DNA of 64,000 bases from Candidatus Eiseniibacteriota bacterium (lineage in GTDB: Bacteria; Eisenbacteria; RBG-16-71-46). Under the pieces are notes generated by a model, which saw only the letters and a program-made list of their open reading frames with translations, was not told the origin of the DNA and did not search any database. Shown in pieces: positions 59,430 through 64,000 of this stretch. Each line of letters opens with the position of its first letter. Positions within the stretch are counted from its first letter, which is position 1. The DNA lies in NCBI GenBank assembly GCA_963776245.1, contig CAVZLN010000003.1, forward strand, positions 160,001 through 224,000. The letters run 5' to 3'. The position numbers were made by a program, and so were the translations under genes.

Positions 59430-60500
59430 TCAGCGCCCCCGGGGCGTGCGCGCCCGTCCCTCCTCGAACAACGTCCGAAACCCGTCCGCGTCGGGCGCCG
59501 CCACCGCGGCGACGATCCGATCGAGCGCGACGCGCAGCCGCTCGAGGGCGGCCATCGAGTACGGGTTCCTCGCCTGGATCTCGTAGTACACGTCGGGACT
59601 CTCGCGCACCACCGCCGCCGCGACCGACTCGAGGGCCTGGAAGGTGGTGCTGCGCACCGGGTGCTCGGTGCGTGGCAGCGCGAGGGCGAACGTGATGGCC
59701 GAGGCGTGCGCGAGGCTCAGGAGGTCGGCCATGATGCGGTCGTGGTCCTCGAGCGGCAGGCGCACGAGATGCGCGGTGGTCGGTCGGAAGAGCGTCTCGA
59801 CCGTGGCGGCGGCGGCGGCATCGCCGGTGTCGCAGATCACGACGTCCGCGTCGCGCAGGACCACGGTGGCAGGTCCGAACATGGGATGGATCGAGGCCAC
59901 CCGACAGCCGGCTCGCTGGAGCGCGCGGATCGGCTCGATGAGGGGCGTCTTGATGCTGGCGACGTCGAGCACCACCCCGGCCGGCGGTCGACTCGACCAG
60001 CGCGTGTAGAGCTCCGCGATGGTCGCGGGAGGAGCGCAGCACACGACGAGGTCCGCGGTCGCGAACGTCCGGCGCGCCCACGCGTCCTCGTCAGGCGCGG
60101 CCGCCGGATCGAGGGCTCCGGTGGTGTAGCCCTGGGCCGAGAGGAAGCGGCCCAGCCAGCGCCCCATGCGGCCCGCACCGCCCACGACCACGGCGCTCTG
60201 GCCCGCCCCCAGTTCCGCGCCGCGCAGGCTGTCCTCCTCCTGCGCCGTCACGGAGGCCCGGATGATCCGGGCGATGAGCTCCTCGGCCAGCTCCGGATCG
60301 AGCCCGTGCTCGTCGGCGACCGCGCGCGCGCCTTCCATGACGGTGCGCTCCTGCGCGTAGTCCACGGTCGGGAGCTGGCGTTGGCGCTTGAGCTCCCCGA
60401 CCTGCCGCGCGAGCTCGACACGTTCGGCCACGCGCGCCACCAGCTCCCGATCGAGCGCTCGGATGCGCCCGCGCAGTCCCTCCAGATTCCGCTCCGTCAT
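59430..60500 (-). CDS. tyrA: Bifunctional chorismate mutase/prephenate dehydrogenase
   Basis: N-terminal AroQ (LRGRIRALDRELV...RVELARQVGELK...QE), GGAGRMG, DVASIK, SIHPMFGP, HDRIMA..LSLAH. Confidence 0.9.
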   Translation of the reverse strand: MTERNLEGLRGRIRALDRELVARVAERVELARQVGELKRQRQLPTVDYAQERTVMEGARAVADEHGLDPELAEELIARIIRASVTAQEEDSLRGAELGAGQSAVVVGGAGRMGRWLGRFLSAQGYTTGALDPAAAPDEDAWARRTFATADLVVCCAPPATIAELYTRWSSRPPAGVVLDVASIKTPLIEPIRALQRAGCRVASIHPMFGPATVVLRDADVVICDTGDAAAAATVETLFRPTTAHLVRLPLEDHDRIMADLLSLAHASAITFALALPRTEHPVRSTTFQALESVAAAVVRESPDVYYEIQARNPYSMAALERLRVALDRIVAAVAAPDADGFRTLFEEGRARTPRGR

Positions 60501-60690
60501 GCGAGTCCCTCCCGATCACCCGCGAGGGACTCTATCCGACCGCGAGCGGCGGCCCCAGGGATTCCATCCCGTGGGTGCACCACCGTTCCGGATCCCGGGG
60601 CGGCGTCACGTCGGCTTTCGTCACTTCGCGGAAGAACGTCCCAGGATGCTGGGCGACGACCCGAGTCCGCCCGCGAGCCCGCCCGGCCGC

Positions 60691-61776
60691 TCAGCCGCGA
60701 CCGGTGCGCTTGAAGAAGGCCTTCGCCGCCTTGTGGATGATCTTCCACTTGCGCTCGCGTTCCGCGCGCAGATGCGCATCCGACTTCGCCGCCGCAGCCT
60801 GCGCCGCGCGCACCAGTTTGTGGTAGCTGGCCAGGCGCTCGGGCGGCAAGGCGCCCGCTCCGATCGCGGCTCGGACCGCGCAGCCGGGCTCGTCCACATG
60901 CGTGCAGTCTCGGAAGCGGCAGGTCCGGGCGGCCTGCTCGATGTCCGGGAAGACCGCGGCGATCCCCGTCTCCGACCCGGTCAGGCCCAGCGCGCGCAGG
61001 CCCGGCGTGTCGATGAGCACTCCCCCGCCGGGCATCGGGATCAACTCGCGCACCACTGTCGTGTGGCGCCCCCGCCCATCGCTCACGCGCACCTCGCGCG
61101 TCGCCTGCCGCTGCTCACCCAGCAGCGCGTTGATGAGCGTGGACTTGCCGGCGCCCGAGGGCCCGATCAGGACCGCGGTGCGGTGGTCCGAGAGGTACCC
61201 GAGGAGCGGCTCGACGCCCACGCCGGTGAGCGCGTCCATCGCGAGCACGTCCACACCGGGCGCGATGGACGCGACATCCCCGCGCGCCCCGTCGGCGTCG
61301 GCGGAGAGGTCCGCCTTGGTGAGCACCACGACCGGGAGGGCGCCCGAGTCCCACGCCAGCGCGAGCTCGCGCTCGATGCGGCGCAGGTTGGGCGGATCCG
61401 CGATGGGGTGCACGACGAACACGATGTCGATGTTGGCGGCCAGCACCTGGAGGTCGGAGGTCCTGCCCGGGTCGCCGCGCGCGATGGCGCTGGCGCGCTC
61501 GAGCACCGCCTCGATGAGCGGGACATCGAGGTCCTCGGGCGCCCGTGCGGCCACCCAGTCGCCGACCGCCGGCAGATCCGCGGGGCCGCGGGCGGACTTC
61601 AGCAGTCGGGCCGCGGGCTGCGCGCGGACCACGCCGGAGGAGGTCGCGATCAGGGCGCTGCCGCGGTCGCTGCGGACCACCCGGGCGGGCGTCAGGCCCG
61701 CGGCGACGTGGGGTTCGAACAGCGCCTCCCAACGGGGGGAGTAGCCGAGCGCGCGAAGTGCAGGGACGTCAGGCAA
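60691..61776 (-). CDS. rsgA: Ribosome small subunit-dependent GTPase A
   Basis: AVGDWV, AANID, LTKAD, GPSGAGKSTLIN, GRHTT, IDTPG, CRFRDCTHVDEPGC. TTG start with a GAGGAG RBS. Confidence 0.95.
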   Translation of the reverse strand: MPDVPALRALGYSPRWEALFEPHVAAGLTPARVVRSDRGSALIATSSGVVRAQPAARLLKSARGPADLPAVGDWVAARAPEDLDVPLIEAVLERASAIARGDPGRTSDLQVLAANIDIVFVVHPIADPPNLRRIERELALAWDSGALPVVVLTKADLSADADGARGDVASIAPGVDVLAMDALTGVGVEPLLGYLSDHRTAVLIGPSGAGKSTLINALLGEQRQATREVRVSDGRGRHTTVVRELIPMPGGGVLIDTPGLRALGLTGSETGIAAVFPDIEQAARTCRFRDCTHVDEPGCAVRAAIGAGALPPERLASYHKLVRAAQAAAAKSDAHLRAERERKWKIIHKAAKAFFKRTGRG

Positions 61777-61798
61777 TGCGGCTCCTCGGGCTCGCCGG

Positions 61799-62083
61799 TC
61801 AGAGTTCCACGGATTCCACCCGATCCACGATGCGTGCGCGAGGGTTCTGCATGATCGCCCTCGCCGGCCCGCCCCAGATCCGCTGCATGGTGCGGAGGAA
61901 CGCCTCGGCCTCGTCCAGGCCGTCGAACTCGAGATCGATCATGACGTGGTTGGGGTCGTCCCGCAGACGCAGGACCTGGTACCGCCGGACGCCCGAGCCC
62001 TTGCGGTCGGCGGGATCGTCGTCGAACGCCTGCTTCCATCTCTCGAAATCGGGGACGGTGTGTTCGATCCTCACGATGGGCAT
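61799..62083 (-). CDS. Small dimeric alpha/beta-barrel (ABM/cyclase-like) hypothetical protein
   Basis: MPIVRIEHTVPDFERWKQAFDDD...GV...DDPNHVMIDLEF...AEAF. AGGAG RBS. Confidence 0.75.
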   Translation of the reverse strand: MPIVRIEHTVPDFERWKQAFDDDPADRKGSGVRRYQVLRLRDDPNHVMIDLEFDGLDEAEAFLRTMQRIWGGPARAIMQNPRARIVDRVESVEL

Positions 62084-62178
62084 TTCGACTCCTCTCGGTT
62101 CCAGGGCCGGCGTCGCGGGACCACGGGTCGCCTCGTCGCACGTGTCGTCGGTCCGGTTCGGCGCCGGAGACGAGCGCG

Positions 62179-62607
62179 TCAGCGCCCGCGTTGGGACGCG
62201 ACCAGGGCCACCGCGGTGATGACGAGGTTCTCGATCAGCTTCTTCGCGCCCACGCGGGTGGCGTCGGCGGTGCCGAAGCATCCGCACTCGAAGTCGAGAT
62301 GGCGCGCCACCGCGCTGGCGACTGCGAGCGTGAACACCGCCATCATCGCGGCGGCCAGCCACGCGCCGGAGCGCGCGCGCACGTCGAGCACCAGCGCGAG
62401 ACCGGTGAGCAGCTCGATCCACGGCAGCAGCACCGCGATGGAGTTCTCGAACGCCACCGGCGCCAGGCGGAAGTGATGGATCTGGGTGGCGAACGCCCCC
62501 GGGTCGCCGATCTTCGCGAGCGCGGCGGCGATGAACACCAGACCGACCGCGATGCGGCACAGTCCGACCAGCCAAGAGGACGACAGGAAGCGGACGGGCG
62601 GGTTCAT
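62179..62607 (-). CDS. DoxX/MauE family membrane protein
   Basis: RIAVGLVFIAAALAKI, LLPWIELLTG, ECGCFG, IEN. Confidence 0.88.
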   Translation of the reverse strand: MNPPVRFLSSSWLVGLCRIAVGLVFIAAALAKIGDPGAFATQIHHFRLAPVAFENSIAVLLPWIELLTGLALVLDVRARSGAWLAAAMMAVFTLAVASAVARHLDFECGCFGTADATRVGAKKLIENLVITAVALVASQRGR

Positions 62608-63455
62608 CAGTGGCCTCCCGCCTGCGCCCCGCGCGCCACCGGGAGCCCCGCCGCCTGCCACTCGGGGTAGCCGCCCTGGTACACCAGCACGCGCTTGCGT
62701 CCGTTCTCGAGCAGCAACTTCGCCAGGTCCATGGACAGCTCGCACGCGCCGCCGCTGCAGTACACCGCGATCGGCCGGCCGTTCTCCCCCAGGTGCCGGA
62801 TGCGCTCGGGCTCGGCGAGCGCGTCGTTGTACGGCAGGCTCGTCGCGCCGGCGATGTGGCCGTCGGCGTACTCGCCGGCCTCGCGCGCGTCCACCACCAG
62901 CACCGCGCCGGCGTCGTAGAGCTTCTTGAGCGATGCCATCTCGAGCTGGATGGGGTGGTCGAGATCGGGGATCACCGGCAGGTCGGTCGGGGCCGCGGCC
63001 GGCGCCGTGACCGGCGGCACCGGCGTGGCTGCGGCCGGTGCCGCGGCGGCGCTCCGCGGCGCCGCGACCGGCACGGACTGCGCGACCGGCGGCGCGGGCT
63101 TCGGCGCGGTGGCGAGCGGCGGACGCGGCCCGACCGCCGGGCCACGGCCCGTTGCCGGCGTGCCGGCCGCGGTGCCGGTCGCCGGGGCCGGCACGGTCGC
63201 GGTCGCCGGGCTCGACGGCGTCGCGCGCGCCGCGCCCGTCATCGGGCCGCCCGTCAAGGTGTCGCGCTGCATCGCCTCGAGGCTCGCGACCGCGTCGGCG
63301 CGCTTCACCCACGGGAGCCCGCGGGGCGGACGGCTCGCCCGCCCGATGGAGTTGTAGAGCGCCCCGAGGGCGAGACCCGCCGCGACGATGAACAGGATGC
63401 CGCGCAAAGTCGCGGCCGTGCGCCCGCCGCGGTCGTGGCCGTTGCCGATCGTCAT
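62607..63455 (-). CDS. Membrane-anchored rhodanese-domain protein
   Basis: N-terminal TM, Ala/Pro/Thr linker, VDAR...YADGHIAGA, active loop YCSGGACELS, YQGGYPEWQAAGLP. Confidence 0.88.
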   Translation of the reverse strand: MTIGNGHDRGGRTAATLRGILFIVAAGLALGALYNSIGRASRPPRGLPWVKRADAVASLEAMQRDTLTGGPMTGAARATPSSPATATVPAPATGTAAGTPATGRGPAVGPRPPLATAPKPAPPVAQSVPVAAPRSAAAAPAAATPVPPVTAPAAAPTDLPVIPDLDHPIQLEMASLKKLYDAGAVLVVDAREAGEYADGHIAGATSLPYNDALAEPERIRHLGENGRPIAVYCSGGACELSMDLAKLLLENGRKRVLVYQGGYPEWQAAGLPVARGAQAGGH

Positions 63456-63477
63456 GTGTCCACTCCTCCGGCGGGGA

Positions 63478-64000
63478 TCAGCCCGCGAGCATCACCATGA
63501 GCGCCTTCTGCGCGTGGAGCCGGTTCTCGGCCTGGTCGATGAGCGCCGAGTTCGGCGTGCGCGACGTCTTGTAGTCGATCTCCTCGCCGTAATGCGCGGG
63601 CAGGCAGTGCAGGATGACCGCGTCCGGCCGGGCGGACTTCATCAGGGCGCCGTTGACCTGGAAGGCCGCGAAATCGCGCTTGCGCCGCGCGGCCTCGGCC
63701 TCCTGCCCCATGCTGGCCCACACGTCGGTGTACACCACGTCCGCGCCCTTCACCGCCGCGCGCGGGTCGTTCATCACGCGCAGCGTCGCCCCGCTCGCCT
63801 TGGCCAGCCTTGCGGGCGTCGTCGAGCAGCGCCTCGGACGAGTCTCGTAGCCCTTCGGGGCACGCCACGGTCACGTCCATGCCGAGCAGCGCGCCGCCGT
63901 AGAGCAGCGAGTTGGCGACGTTGTTGCCGTCGCCGACGAACACGGTCTTCAGCCCGTTCACGCTTGCCCTTGCGCTCGGTGATGGTGAGCAGGTCGCCGA
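63478..64000 (-). CDS. argF: Ornithine carbamoyltransferase, 3' part, with apparent frameshifts
   Basis: GDLLTI, FVGDGNNVANS, ADVVYTDVWASMGQE, ILHCLPAH, QAENRLH spread over different frames (ORFs 63452..63961 and 63478..63777). The 5' end is outside the window. Confidence 0.9.

Noticed and set aside
62990..63240. Ala/Pro/Thr-rich quasi-repeats in the rhodanese gene, also in the HhH protein linker
   Set aside because: These are low-complexity protein linkers, not DNA repeat elements.

Overview
Very GC-rich bacterial chromosome segment (a spot-counted line in a typical gene is about 78% GC) with about 49 genes, almost all on the minus strand and often coupled by ATGA/GTGA overlaps. I saw no rRNA, tRNA, CRISPR array or mobile element. 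Housekeeping genes include ppdK, larB, larC, dusB, ctpA-like S41 protease, tmk, ino1, rsmI, ltaE, HU, ilvC, priA, tsaD, cutA, tyrA, rsgA and a partial argF. Secreted proteins with FlgD-Ig/T9SS-like C-terminal domains in such a high-GC genome suggest an FCB-related candidate lineage such as Ca. Eisenbacteria (inference only). Two regions stand out. (1) 6.9-23.4 kb is a cell-surface locus: a 1481-aa secreted protein with a near-consensus promoter, palindromic operator, long structured leader, own terminator and lower GC (S-layer-like candidate); two paralogous repeat lipoproteins; a CTD-bearing protein; a CTD-bearing subtilase; and an M16 pair in which both subunits appear to lack the Zn site. 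(2) 43.6-50.3 kb is a signalling operon behind a sigma28-like promoter: REC-GGDEF, two tandem GAF-histidine kinase-GAF-HD-GYP fusion proteins (one HD-GYP degenerate) and a stand-alone receiver. Two stretches (30.2-31.8 kb and argF at the window end) carry clustered frameshifts that are probably sequencing errors. Start codons were chosen by eye from RBS and overlap evidence. All family calls rest on motif recognition, not database searches.
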